The notes under the pieces were generated by a model. That model was given only the letters and a program-made list of their open reading frames with translations, did no database searches and was not told where the DNA came from. This document shows, piece by piece, positions 1 to 13,404 of a stretch of DNA of 64,000 bases (the first letter of the stretch is position 1; each line of letters begins with the position of its first letter). The DNA lies in contig NC_047022.1 in assembly GCF_902652985.1 (NCBI RefSeq), positions 22,754,001-22,818,000 of the forward strand, read 5' to 3'. The stretch is from Pecten maximus (taxonomy: Eukaryota). The position numbers and the translations under genes are program-made.

Positions 1-68
1 CTTGCCACTATCAAACGTTATTACCGACCGAGTTGGTCTGTGTGTACATTTAAGTTCTTTTGTAACAT

Positions 69-470
69 GTTACACTTTTGTGTGGTACACGTTCGAGTAT
101 TTGTGCGGTTACACGTTCGAGTATTTGTGCGGTTACACGTTCGAGTACTTTTACTGTGAACCGCGTTACACTTTTGTGCAGTTAAATGTTCAAGTACTTT
201 TACTGTGAACCGCGTTACACTTTGTGCGTTTACACGTTCGAGTACTTTTACTGTGAACCGCGTTACACTTTTGTGCGGTTACACGTTCGAGTACTTTTAC
301 TGTGGACCGCATTACACTTTTGTGCGGTTACACGTTCGAGTACTTTTACTGTGAACCGCGTTACACTTTTGTGCGGTTACACGTTCGAGTACCTTTAACT
401 GTGGACCGCGTTACACTTTTGTGCGGTTACACGTTCGAGTACTTTTACTGTGAACCGCGTTACACTTTTC
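69..470. repeat. ~49-bp minisatellite, ~8 copies
   Basis: Unit TTACACTTTTGTGCGGTTACACGTTCGAGTACTTTTACTGTGAACCGCG recurs at about 166, 215, 263, 312, 361, 411; it explains the repetitive ORFs at 2-550. Confidence 0.9.
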
Positions 471-1496
471 CATACAGATACAATTTTGACTACTTTTACT
501 TTCAAAAGTGTGCCGCGTTCTGCCGTTCACATTTATGTGTATACTTATAAAATGGGAAAATAAATAATAAACAAAAAATGAGAGTAAAACATCAGCTTGT
601 ACGATATCGGCTGGGCACATTTAAGACATTTTCAAGCTAAATATGGTTATCTTTAACACTTTTTAAACTGTTAAGAATGTAACGTGTTAGACTTTTATAA
701 GCGGATACAATTTTACTGGGTGATTTGGACTATTTTTATTATACAGATTTAAACGCTTTCGTAGTTGAAAGTGTATCGCGTCAAACACTTAATTGATACT
801 TATTTATCTACCTTTATCCATAAACATAAATAACACATATGTAAGTCTTTATTAACTGTTAAAACAGCTCTTAAATACAAGTGTGCCTTGGCTGTTCAAT
901 TTTGACATCAAAATTCCAATGTTACCATGAAAACGATGTAGGGCTAATATAACACGGTGAATTTTTATAGCAAAAGTAGTACAATGTAATCAGAATATTA
1001 CACACAGGTTACTACATTAACGGTTGTTCTGTACTGCTTTCTAAAAACAAACTAAATCAACATTTTCTCGTAATATTCGAGGTCAAATTTAAGTTTCATA
1101 CTTTTTGTTTCATTAAACACTATGTAAAGTAATATCAATCAAAACAGGCGAGGCTTTTGTGAGAGCATTTGCGTTTCTAAATTTCTTATGATTTTTAAAA
1201 CTATTGTTAGTTTGCCGGCAGGCGAATAGGTGTATTAAGGCACACGCACAAAGTATTATGTACACAAGTGTATCCGCTGTTCATTTTTAATTTCTGTTGT
1301 AATCTGCCTGTCGATTTTATAATTCACACAAATATTTCATGTTGCTAAGCTAGTACAACACACATGTTCTGACGCAATCAGGGCCATGCTAACGTTTGTG
1401 AAATGACCTAGCCAGATCCATAAAGAATTTCCAATAACATGTTTATTTCCATAAGAGCATACTTATAAGTAGAAACGCGTACCTCTAACTGTATCA

Positions 1497-1712
1497 TCGA
1501 CCACAGGGACATATGTCTATAGTCTTTATATTAAATAGCCAGAAATACCTTAAGTCTTTATATAAGTATTCCTGACTATTTTTTTTTAAGATATACATGT
1601 ATGTCCCTGGCTGTGCATCGACCCACAGGGGCATATCTAGTCTTATATTAAAAAATAGCCAGAAATACCTATATATTAAGACTACCAGACAAGCCCCTGT
1701 GATCGACCACGG
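1497..1712. repeat. Two adjacent small foldback (MITE-like) units
   Basis: CAGGGACATA...TATGTCCCTG (~1504-1609) and CAGGGGCAT...GCCCCTG (~1626-1699), each preceded by TCGACC(C)ACAG; related hairpin CAGGGACATACA-ttgtt-TGTACGTCCCTG at ~28473-28501. Confidence 0.5.
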
Positions 1713-4700
1713 ACATCATTGCTAATATATTTCGCAGAGAGCAAATTTAAGAGTTTCTGCATAGCCCTACATAAGTGTTAAATATTAAAAGTTTCCGGTC
1801 GGTACTATACCTATAGGCCCTCGTAACAGAACCTATACAACGTCAGCAAAATTGATATCTGTCCGAACAGGTATTTCACAACACTTTGTAATCCTTCAAT
1901 GACGTCACCATTGTGTATAAAAGCCCGAGGTCGGCCATAGTTACTCAGTTCACTACTACAACTCGGAATACATACACGCTCTCTTCATCAGAGTGTGTGG
2001 TACAATGGGGGTGATCTCATGCCGCTTACTTCGAACAACCAACTGAGCGAAGAAGTAAGATGCTAACCCAGGCGGGTCCGCCCCGTGTTTCAACATGGCC
2101 GCGGGCCCGGGATTGATCTCGCACCTCACCACCCGGCTGGGTGGAGCATACACCAAACACTAACACGAGACGTCTGGAGCCTGGAACACTCGGGTTGAAA
2201 GGGGGCGGTGGCTGTCTCGGAGCGGCAACGCAGTCACATATATAGTGTGCTAGTAAACCGAGACAAAAACCCTCCCGGACGACCCCCCAGGGGTGCTATG
2301 TCTGGGGCGTGGTCATGTATTAGTTCACGCTTCATAATGGTATACCTGGGGCAGATAACACTAATACAACTAGATCTGAAACCTTCGAGACAAGGAGAGA
2401 CATTATATATCTGGTACGTATTACTATACTGAATCAAGGACGTCCCTGGCGGAATACAACAGAAATTAATATTTCAATTCATCTTACCAGATCCTTCAGT
2501 ATTGAACTATTGATCGAGGGCTCGGATCTGATCAAATAATTGAAGGATTTATTATATTGCAGAATCTATAGAGACCCTTAATTTTCACCGCACTCAAAAT
2601 ATAAATATTCAATGATAGATGAAATTGACGTTACTTGTATCATTTAACTGATCTATAATTATAAAGGAGTTCCTGATTGTCAAATGCTTATCCAGGTATA
2701 GACCCATGTCTTTTAATATGGACCTAAGCGGTTTCATCACGAAAGGTAGACGTCGTCTGCTAGGCTAATACATGTCAATACAAGTACATTATGGATTATA
2801 ATTGGGGCTTGGTAACCCGCCCTTTCTAATAGCTTTCACTAACGCGGTCAGAACTGATTTATAAAGCTATTTGTAAAACACTTTTGTAATGTTTAACTAC
2901 ATAATGTATTGTCAATACTAAGTAGGCTCTTTATACTAAACAGTAAACACAGCTTTTGTACGGGACCCATGCCACTTACCGTATACTTCTGTAACCTACA
3001 GGGAAGAAAATCATTTGTCACGTCCGCGTGTCAATTACGACAAAACCTGTTGGCTGCTTTTGCCAGTAATAAATTGACCAATTCAGGGCCAGTAATATAG
3101 AATATGATATCATATTTTAATAAAGCTCTTAATGGACCTTTCGGCTTCGCGCACATAGAATTAGCTGTTGGACGCCAGAAAAATATACCAAGAGATCGAG
3201 GCTTTCTAAGAAATGTGGAGTTGCTGAATCTTCTGTAACTGTCCTCTGTATATTTTCTAAGTACAATGTAATTGATGAGTAGTCACGCAACACATTTTAA
3301 CTTGTTGACCTCAATTCTGTCTTCTGATAATCTTAGTAAACAGTCTCGTGAACAGAGGAGAATGGGTTCAATAATTCTGTGAAATTACGAGTGTAGTTAT
3401 AGTTTTATGCCATGTTACTTTGCCTTCAAGCTGCTTTGTAGTTACAAATGTACAAACGTGCAAATAAAGTATTGAATTGTATACCTTGTGCATGTCCATT
3501 TTAAAGCCAGAGTCAAAAGTGTTTGGTCCTGATCCCGGACTGAATAGTTATTAATTATCAACTATGGCAAGATTGTCTCTCCGTGATTTGATGGGTTTCT
3601 ATTTATAGTTCTGAGTTTATGCACGTGTAATAATCTATCGGTGTACCTTTCATAGCTGTGAATTATCCACGTGCTGGTATGCAAGAAAAACGAGACAAGC
3701 TGACGTGTTCAAGAACGGAAAGTGTCTTGTGTTTCAAGATAAATCACAGCAATGACACGTTTCCAAAATGATTATATACCAGGTAAATTACAACCGCCAA
3801 ATATACTATCGAGCACGTAGAATTTTTAATAGTACAAGCAAATACCGTTCACCAGTTTGCAGTAGGGTCATTATAAATTCCAAAACACCTCCCCATAACA
3901 TTTATGAACCTGCATATATAGAAACCCAGTGTTGTCTTTTTTCGGCATCAGTCGATATATATGACCGAGATCGTGATTTTGGAACAATCATTGCTTATCG
4001 AATCAGTTTTAATACCACTGATTTGGGAAGCAGGGATGTTTCTATTTAGAAATGGAAAATTCACCACAGGAGAATCGAAACGTCATGGTTATCATATGGC
4101 TTAGTGGTAAGCTGCCCATGCTGGTTACGTAGTAAAACATAAGTAGTCGCAATTGAAAACGAGGTGAATCATAACTGTGTCTCAAAAGAAAGAGAGAGAA
4201 ATGAGATAAAACGAAGATAGCTGTGAAATACTGGTATTCATGTTTTCTTTTTCCGTATATTTATTAGAACTCAAAATAATACTGATAATTTATGTTAAAT
4301 TGAAACTAAAATTAGCGTGAAAAGTATTCCTCAAAATAGAGTATGACCAAAGTCAACAAGTCAAAATATTCCCTGGGTCGGTGTTAGTTGTGTTCCTGTT
4401 GAAGTGGAATTGCAGTGTTATATTGTTTTTTTATTATCCAGACATTTGAACCTAGAGGTGACTGCCAGGGTTGGGGCCCTGGGTTCAGCATCTATACAAA
4501 TATGTCCTCATACAAGAGGTCTCTTGATAACGCCGGCCCAGAGGATAGGTTTTTTAGGCCAATATTTTATTTTTCATATTATTTAATAGGTATTAATTAG
4601 ACGGACGTCAAAACTTCGATAAACCAAATTTATATATGGGGTAGGGTCCTCTCTCTTCTCCACTTATCATCGATAGGGTAGGCGTAAATGCTACTAAACA

Positions 4701-5299
4701 GTGTCAGGTTAGGACTCATTCGGACTGTGGGAGTCGTCTCAAAATTACCCATAAGTTCTCCAACCGACTCCCTTCTCTTCTTTCCCACTCTCTCCCTTCA
4801 CTCCATACTGTACCCACTCTACTCAATTTCCTATCTGTTCTCGTCAGCTGAAAGGCCGTAAGGCCGTAATAGCGGACGTAAAACCCATAAATAAATAGAG
4901 GTCTCTCATTCATTCATTCATTCCATTTGATTGATTTATTCATTCATTCCATTTTGTTTCTTTTCATTTCATTCATTTTGTTATTCGTTCATTCAGTGTA
5001 AGCCTGCTACACCACACACACCCTCATACACACATACACACACAATATATATATATACATGTATATACATGTATACACTCAGATGTCACATATACATACA
5101 ACACTCTATATCGCACTCAGTATAACATTCATTTATTTCTTATACTCTATAAAAATAAAATAAAATAAGAGAGGTGGGAATGGTTTGTGGGGAGTCCAAT
5201 CATGTTGAGACATTTGGGGAATTGAGTAGATCAATGTACATAATAACATAGACCATAAATAACTGTACTACTGAATAGATAGAAAAACAAAATGTTCTC

Positions 5300-7290
5300 A
5301 TTGCTCTACAAGAGCATTATAAAAACTTCCCATTTTTAGTAAATATTCCCCAGTAAATTCTTTCTTTTAGCTATATAAAATTCCATTTTCAACGTTTTAA
5401 TGAATTTAAATTTGCAAGCTGTAAATATAGGAATAATATCATTACTTCTACAGCAATATATGTGGTATTCAATTATTAAAGGAAATGATTCAAGATATCA
5501 CTAAAGTTTAAGTTACCAAAAATTACATCTGTACTCAGTAGAACGCCTAGGTCATCATAGTCAGAGAACCATGAATTAAATTCTTCTATCACAGCATTAG
5601 AGTAAAAACAAAAGTATAAGATATGCTCTATTGGTTCCTCTCCTCTTTTACAAAATGTACAACTATTGTTCTGTCATTTTCATTTTAAAAAGTTTGGAGT
5701 TTGCCATCAGGATACGATGATTTATCTTGAATTGAAAGGCTTGTAACTTGGTTTCTAGTGTACAACAAAAGGCAATATTGTAAATATCTTCAAACACAAA
5801 TTCTTCAAGTAACAAACAACTTTTCCACTTTTCCTGACTTTTGACTGGTTTATATTTTTTACTGTTAACTAAGAGTCTGTAGATGAATTGTTTGTCTTTC
5901 ACATTTAACATTTTCTGGATAATATCAGTATGTATTGGTGTAATTATTTCACCATTCAATGATGCATTTCTATATTCATTTTTGAACTATTTATTCATTT
6001 TTTGAAAAAAAGTGCATGGTATTCAATGAAATTGAAATGTGGTAAATAATTAAGATCCGCCCATGTTTTTGGAAATCCATTTACAAATAAATCTTTTACT
6101 GTGTGAAGACCATAATTTCTCCACAAAATGCAATGGTTTGCTTTCCTGAGAGGTACAAGATAAGTTACTGCCAAGAATTCTGCAAGAGCATTTGGTTGAT
6201 GCTTCAGTTCAGCTAAGGAAAAAATAACAGACTGCCAAAATTTGTTTTTCATTTTTTTGCTATTTCTCTCAGCTTTCCAGCATCTAAATATAAGAGTATG
6301 TCCGGATCTATCTCAAATATATGTTTTAAAATGGATTTCCATCCACTGTCTGTATTTGTGTGATATCTCTTAATCCATCTAAGTTTCATATATTTGCTAA
6401 AAGCTAACATATGTGTCATATTCAATCCGCCTTCATCATATAATGTAACTACAGTGTCTCTTTTTACTTTTTCTGTATTTGAATTCCAAATAAACCTAAA
6501 AGAGACTTTATTAATTCTGTTTAAAAAGTCTCTAGACGGGTTTGGCAGAACACTAAATAAGTGAACAAACTTTGGTATAACTAGAGTTTTTAAAAGTGTT
6601 ATTCTGCCAATAATAGTCAAATCACGTGCTGTCCAGGATCGTAACAGTTTTTCAACTTGTTTCAAAGTAAAGTATATTCATAGTTAAATCTTCCATTTCA
6701 TCTAAATTTAAAGAGAAAGTAATTCCAAGGAGTTTGAAATTTTCTGTTGACCAGGTTAGATTTAGATCTGGACAAATGACTTCATCAGAGAACGTTTTAT
6801 TACCAATCCAATATAACCTTGATTTTGATAAATTTTCTCTTAATCCTGATATTATTGTAAAATCTTCACTGCTTCCTGTAGTGATTCTCTAACAGAAGAT
6901 AAGCACCATCAGCGTATTGTCCAAGTAACACATTTTAATCAATAATTGTGAGGGCCCCAATCCTCTGATTGGACTTTAACCTTAGCGAAAGTAGTTCAAC
7001 TCATATCACAAAGATGTATGGTGATATCGGGTCGCCTTGACGGCAGCCTCTTTCCAGTTTGAAGAAAAATCTGATAGATTACCATTGTTAATAACACAGT
7101 TACCATTGTTAATAACACAGCTTTTACAAACTGATGAGCCAAAATTGAAACTTTGTAACGCTTTGTCTAAAAAATCCCACTGAATCAAACGCCTTTTCAA
7201 AATCAAGACGGTATAATAAACCTGCTTGTTTCATCTAAAAACTGCAGAACATCGTATAAAAGAATATGTAATCCTACATCGCCACTGAAT
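5300..7290 (-). mobile_element. Decayed, 5'-truncated non-LTR retrotransposon, L1/Tx1-like ORF2 (RT plus zf-RVT-like C-terminus)
   Basis: Minus-strand motifs LDFEKAFDSV (~7175-7205), GCRQGDPISPY (~7015-7050), QYADG (degenerate YADD, ~6905-6920), LTIIGRITLLKTLVIPKFVH and EGGL (ORF 6249-6665), KLQAFQFKINHRIL then CTFC (~5640-5750); many frameshifts and stops. Confidence 0.88.
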
Positions 7291-7375
7291 TAGACAACAT
7301 GGATCTGACCCGAGATAGAGATAATCATAGTTATAAAGACTCTTCTAATCCTTTGATAATCCTTGTTTATATTAT

Positions 7376-8305
7376 TATGGTTACCTGTGGTAAATGGAAC
7401 AGTATGGTTACCTGTGGTAAATGGAACAGTATGGTTACCCGTGGTAAATGGAACAGTATGGTTACCTGTGGTAAATGGAACAGTATGGTTACCTGTGGTA
7501 AATGGAACAGTATGGTTACCTGTGGTAAATGGAACAGTATGGTTACCCGTGGTAAATGGAACAGTATGGTTACCTGTGGTAAATGGAACAGTATGGTTAC
7601 CTGTGGTAAATGGAACAGTATGGTTACCCGTTGTAAATTGAACAGTATGGTTACCTGTGGTAAATGGAACAGTATGGTTACCTGTGGTAAATGGAACAGT
7701 ATGGTTACCTGTGGTAAATGGAACAGTATGGTTACCCGTGGTAAATGGAACAGTATGGTTACCTGTGGTAAATGGAACAGTATGGTTACCTGTGGTAAAT
7801 GGAACAGTATGGTTACCCGTGGTAAATGGAACAGTATGGTTACCTGTGGTAAATGGAACAGTATGGTTACCTGTGGTAAATGGAACAGTATGGTTACCCG
7901 TGGTAAATGGAACAGTATGGTTACCTGTGGTAAATGGAACAGTATGGTTACCCGTTGTAAATGGAACAGTATGGTTACCTGTGGTAAATGGAACAGTATG
8001 GTTACCCGTGGTAAATGGAACAGTATGGTTACCCGTGGTAAATGGAACAGTATGGTTACCTGTGGTAAATGGAACAGTATGGTTACCCGTGGTAAATGGA
8101 ACAGTATGGTTACCCGTGGTAAATGAAACAGTTTGGTTACCCGTGGTAAATGGAACAGTATGGTTACCTGAGGTAAATGGAACAGTATGGTTACCCGTGG
8201 TAAATGGAACAGTATGGTTACCCGTGGTAAATGGAACAGTATGGTTACCCGTTGTAAATTGAACAGTATGGTTACCCGTGGTAAATGGAACAGTATGGCT
8301 ACCTG
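7376..8305. repeat. 27-bp minisatellite, ~34 copies
   Basis: Unit TATGGTTACCYGTGGTAAATGGAACAG with internal dyad TTACC-N3-GGTAA; produces spurious MVTCGKWNS and WLPVVNGTV ORFs. Confidence 0.95.
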
Positions 8306-8369
8306 GTGAATGTGTTATTTTAGGTTTAGTATTAACAATATATGTCTTGGCTAGATAACGATGATATAT

Positions 8370-8790
8370 AGAGGATATCTAACAGTGTCTTCAGTAATAC
8401 CAAATATATTTCACGAGTGGGGCTAATATTTTGATATTGTTCACGAGTGGTGCGCACTCGTGAAAAATATCAAAATATTAGTCCATCTCGTGAAATATAT
8501 TTGGTATTACTGAAGACACTGTTAGATATTCTGTTTATTACATTTTTATCAACGAAAAACCTACCCCGTATGCTAACTAGGCCTACAGCGAAAGTTTGCA
8601 TACAAAAAAAGTATTTCCCCCTGTCCAGGTGCTGACATATATGTCGGGCTTTCTGATTGGTCAATTATTTTGGTATTTTCTAGTCATTAATTTGATTGGT
8701 CAAATCAGCAAGTGATATTTTTCACTAGTGGAAAATATCACTTTTATAGAATGAATAATTTTTGATATTTCACTGGTAAAAATGTAATAA
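8370..8790. mobile_element. Foldback non-autonomous element with ~160-bp palindrome
   Basis: 8372-8532 is a near-perfect inverted repeat centred on CACGAGTG-GTGCG-CACTCGTG; a second inverted pair TTATTACATTTTTA (~8535) / TAAAAATGTAATAA (~8777-8790). Confidence 0.7.
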
Positions 8791-9538
8791 AAATAAATTC
8801 GTCTCATTTGTATAATGTTCTATGTCATAGATATTCCATTTAAGAGGTGTATGGATCTATTCTGGCTTCACGTGATTTATTTTAAGAAGTGCCATAGAAG
8901 CAACTTGATTCAGAAATGTAGACAAACTCCGATATCCCACAGGTATGCTAAATGTGACTAAACCCGGACTTGACCTATATTTGCATGGTGGGTATGATCG
9001 ATAGAGCAGAAGACGCTTATCCTTTCGGAACATTCAATTATCTCCATTGAAATCTGTATTTTGTTCGCATTTAACCCTCTTTTTGTCTTTTGTGAAATAG
9101 GAGTAATTTTAAGTTTTTATCTGCATGTCCGTATTCGTTGTTGTTTTTGCTTCAGTGAAATCATAACATTATTGTTTATGCATTGAATCAGAAAAAAATG
9201 TGTAATGCTCTTTGTTATTGTTGCTGTGGTATAGAGTTTACACTTTGTATTTTGTTTGCTGCAGTTTTTTTTTTTTTTTACAAATCCATGTTAACGACTC
9301 GTACATCTTAATGCATCTGACAGCGAGTAAATATTCTTGTTTAGTAAAATACACGCAGAGCGCTAATGCACGTCAAAATCCCAACTCAAAGTTGACATGA
9401 AGGAAGCAAAATATAAGAGAATCGCATCGTAAAGCATACAAATAAAAAGATAAAACAATGGTTTAAATGCAACTATGATCTATTTTATTTCTCCATTTGA
9501 TTGTATGTAATTCTTGTTGTACACAGGGGGGAATTCGG

Positions 9539-12101
9539 CTAGTATCTGCCACCTGTAGAAGAAAGGGTATCACCGTTATATATAAACAACGTATTTTCAT
9601 GTTCATAAATGCAACAAGCCCGATATACGAATGAAAAGTGCTGTGAAGCACTTGTAAATATTATTTTTGTTACATTTTTAATGCTTTCAAATTCATGTAA
9701 AGACAACATATCATAAACTCTTTTACGCCATCCGGATATTTGATTATATATGGTAAACTAAACCAATTTCCAAGGGTAATAACTCTGAAAATGAATATTG
9801 ATCATTATCGAAAGAGGCATCGTGCATACTAAGTAAATAAACTGTTATCAAATCACTATACCTTGAAGAGGTTTCGCACTTATGATACTGCACATATGAC
9901 AGTAATTGCAAATCGATATTTTACGTTCAACATAAGATCTGCCTATACAGAAAAGATGATAATTTCGAGGTACATTCTAATTGTGCATAAAAGAGCACTT
10001 GTCATATTGCTACCCGCGTATAAACATATAATACATTGCAATGAAATACAGTGGAAAAATAACTTACCCATTCCTCCGCCCATGCCTCCTTTTCCGCCCA
10101 TCATACCGCCCATGCCTCCCATACCAGGCATACCGCCCATACCTCCTCCCATGCCTCCTTTACCGCCCATCATACCGCCCATGCCGCCCATTCCTCCTTT
10201 TCCTCCCATCATACCGCCCATACCGCCCATTCCCATACCAGGCATACCGCCCATACCTCCTCCCATGCCTCCTTTACCGCCCATCATACCGCCCATACCG
10301 CCCATTCCCATACCAGGCATACCGCCCATTCCCATACCGCCCATTCCTTTTCCGCCCATACCGCCCATTCCCATACCGCCCATTCCTTTTCCGCCCATAC
10401 CTGGCATACCGCCCATTCCCATACCGCCCATTCCTTTTCCGCCCATTCCCATACCAGACATACCGCCCATTCCCATACCTTTTCCGCCCATTCCCATACC
10501 AGGCATACCGCCCATTCCCATACCGCCCATTCCTTTTCCGCCCATTCCCATACCAGGCATACCGCCCATACCCATACCGCCCATTCCTTTTCCGCCCATG
10601 CCGCCCATTCCCATACCAGGCATACCGCCCATTCCCATACCGCCCATTCCTTTTCCGCCCATACCGCCCATTCCCATACCGCCCATTCCCATACCAGGCA
10701 TACCGCCCATTCCACCCATTCCTCCGCCCATTCCTCCATAGGCAGCTGAAAGTAACAAATTAATAGATACAATAAAAAAAAAGAGTTGCATTTTCACATT
10801 TCATTTGGGCATTATAAACTTACCAAGAACCTACCTAACCATGAATTTATCTCTACATTTTGGTCTCCGCCAATAATTTTCGGGATTTATACTAAAACGG
10901 AATAGGGGATAGGGGATATGACGCCAACAGAACACTGACTATGGCTGAGACGAAACCTAACGATTGTTGGTGGTAAACCAGTCACTAAATAAATAACTAA
11001 TATATCATACAACGAATGAGTCAATACACCAATGTTTACACACCCTTTTCTGATAATTTGATTCGATAGTTACTCTTAATCAAATAGGGTTTGTGATTTT
11101 CAACTTTTATTTAATTGCCAATGGCTACTTACCGCGCTTGTAACCTGGAAATAAAAGGAAAAGTATCAGCCAACGTGCTTTAACGTTACAATCTATCTTC
11201 ATCTAGAAGGTAATGTCATGTTACACAATGGAATGATTGCATATGAATATAACAATTATCAAATATATTCATTTTGCTTTAACACTTTCCCCATTAACGT
11301 TATATGATTCAATGAAGTTTCTATTCTTATGCTGATAGTTTAGACCGATTTGTGCATTTGTGTTAACCAACATGTTGTAAAACAGATTACACCTTGATTT
11401 TATCTCATTATGTGACGTACGTACGTTTTTCGAAAATCTTTTAATTTTTATTGAGCGGACCGCAATACTCTACTGGAAAAATTATCTGCATACATGTATA
11501 TGGAATTGATACTTACGTCCACCGTTGTTCATTCCATTGCCATTGTTCATTCCGTAACCATTGTTCATTCCGTAACCATTGTTCATTCCATAACCATTGT
11601 TCATTCCATATCCTAATATCAATTGAAAATATATTTTAACAAATATTGTATACACATTTCGTATGTTATGCTTAATATTTTAGCAGTAAAATGATGTAAA
11701 TTGTATTGAACTTAAAAAAACAAAAACAATTGTACATCGAGGTATTTTATAGATTCCTTGGTAACTATTGGCGGGGCTTGTTCATTATAATTGATATGTT
11801 TATTATATTGACTCTTTTTATTTATTATGATAGATTTCTATATACATTCTTTATCGAATCAGTTCTAAAGATATTTTAACCGTGTTTATAGAAACCCGAA
11901 ACCTTTTTCATACTTCTTTCATTTCAGTGATATAAAAATGGACATGACGGACTGAAGATGCATTGAAACCAGTACAGGGAGCATCAGACCAACCAAAAAG
12001 ACATACCATGATACATACTATCAACCATATCTAATCCACTTACCAGCAGCGTTGGCAGCGACAACAATGGCGGACGCCATGCATACGAACAGAAAAGTCA
12101 T
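9539..12101 (-). CDS. Gene A: secreted Gly/Met-rich abductin-like precursor, 285 aa, 5 coding exons
   Basis: Coding exons 12101-12044 (signal MTFLFVCMASAIVVAANAA), 11612-11517 (GYGMNN repeats), 11144-11133 (microexon, RYKR), 10745-10068 (GGMGMGGMPGM/GGKGM repeats), 9552-9539 (GGRY stop). All introns GT-AG and phase 1; 858 nt in total; AATAAA at 9489-9484; non-coding exon 1 ends at donor 13942. Confidence 0.88.
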
Positions 12102-13079
12102 CTTGAAGGTCTACGAGATAAAAAAAATCATATTTCAATTTGATTTGGGAACATCAATATGCAATATATATGGTAAAAATGTAAAAATAATAATTAAACA
12201 CTACAAACATTACGTATATGTATCTACGAAAGAAATCCGTATCTCAGCAAAACTGCATAGATAATTCAGATAATTATATTGATAAGACCATGATAGCAAT
12301 TGGATCAGTATCATTTCGACTCTTCTAATCACTCCATATATTATTGAACCGGTCTCTTCCCAAATGTACATTTCATAATAATACTTGTAGGTAGATAGTA
12401 AAGTTTGAAGAATGTTTCGTGTTGAAAACTGTAATCTCTTACTTCTAAACATTAGGTTTTTTTAAAAAGAGATTTGAATAGAAATGGATCCGGTATAAAA
12501 TAGGAATATCTTCACGCCGTACACTGGCAAATATAACATTTTGATACATGTCAGCTTGATTTTTTTGAATGAATTCAGTACCACTCAGGAAACATGATAT
12601 AAAGCAATGCATTTGATAAATATTATATCGAGTTATGAAAATATCTTGCAGTGCTATTTCTGTACCGTCAAGCGTGAATGAAAAAAACAGCCTCTATGAT
12701 ATATTGAAAACAGAAAATCATATAAAACTATGCATTCTAGAATATCAACACTAGCTGCCGAATGGCTTTTGTTGTTTGTTTTACATTTCCACAATACAGT
12801 ATTTGCTCTGAAGTCAAAGTTATCAACTAAAATTACTAAAAATCAATTAGAGCAGGACATGGCCATATGAACGATTTCCACCTGGAAAATTAAGGTTTCC
12901 GTGATCAATCATAGCGCTATGTTAATTTCAAATCAAGAGGGAAATTTCCGAACGGTTTCGCCTGACGAGACTTGTAACTATAAGCCCGTTTGGTAGACAC
13001 GATTAAAATGCATCACTAGCCGAAAGGTGGTGATAAAGAAAATATAACTTTCTGTTTGGCTTTTACTACATAATTTTAC

Positions 13080-13390
13080 AATTATTAGTTGCACTTCTTT
13101 TATATACCACTCTATCACAGCAACGTAGTTGTCTAAAAGCGGTTCAAGTAGTATTATCCGTGGTTATTGGGCCTTTAGCGACCAGCCAATGTCTTTCTCA
13201 ACTCCCTGGGGAGCATACCGCCGGAGCTGCCATTTTGGCGCTAACAGTTTACATACAACATTAATTGCACTACCCTACCACGTATTCATTGACTGCTGAA
13301 TCGACTGGAACACAATGGAGTTAAGTATCTTGCTCAAGGATACAACACAGCGTCCGTGTCGGCACTCGAACTAGCGACCGTTCAGTGCCT
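13080..13390 (-). mobile_element. tRNA-derived SINE (Meta/Deu-like core), 5'-truncated, in intron 1 of gene A
   Basis: B-box-like GTTCGAGT, core TGTATCCTTGAGCAAGATACTTAAC, GTATGCTCCCCAGGGAGTTGAG, LINE-like tail; family assignment from recall only. Confidence 0.6.
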
Positions 13391-13404
13391 CCGTATAAAT
13401 AACT

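Noticed and set aside
4090-4135. tRNA-like TGGCTTAGTGGTAAG A box; also the tRNA-like head at 35520-35573
   Set aside because: No B box or cloverleaf at 4090; the second is a SINE head, not a tRNA gene
4843-4895. CTGAAAGGCCGTAAGGCCGTAA resembling a hammerhead ribozyme core
   Set aside because: CUGANGA and GAAA core positions are both broken; looks more like a retroposon 3' tail ending GGACGTAAAAC(ATAA)n
7299-8262. 275-aa and 201-aa ORFs (MVTCGKWNS / WLPVVNGTV repeats), and possible CRISPR
   Set aside because: Translation of a stop-poor 27-bp minisatellite; no unique spacers, no cas genes, eukaryotic context
9863-10763. Pro-rich and RPY-rich plus-strand ORFs (likewise Pro-, Arg- and His/Ser-rich ORFs over genes B-F)
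   Set aside because: Antisense or shifted frames of the Gly/Met exons; splice sites, signal exons and polyA signals support only the Gly-rich frame
12951-13035. CTGACGAG and a nearby GAAA hairpin as possible hammerhead ribozyme
   Set aside because: No GAAA directly after a stem II and no stem III/UH in the right order
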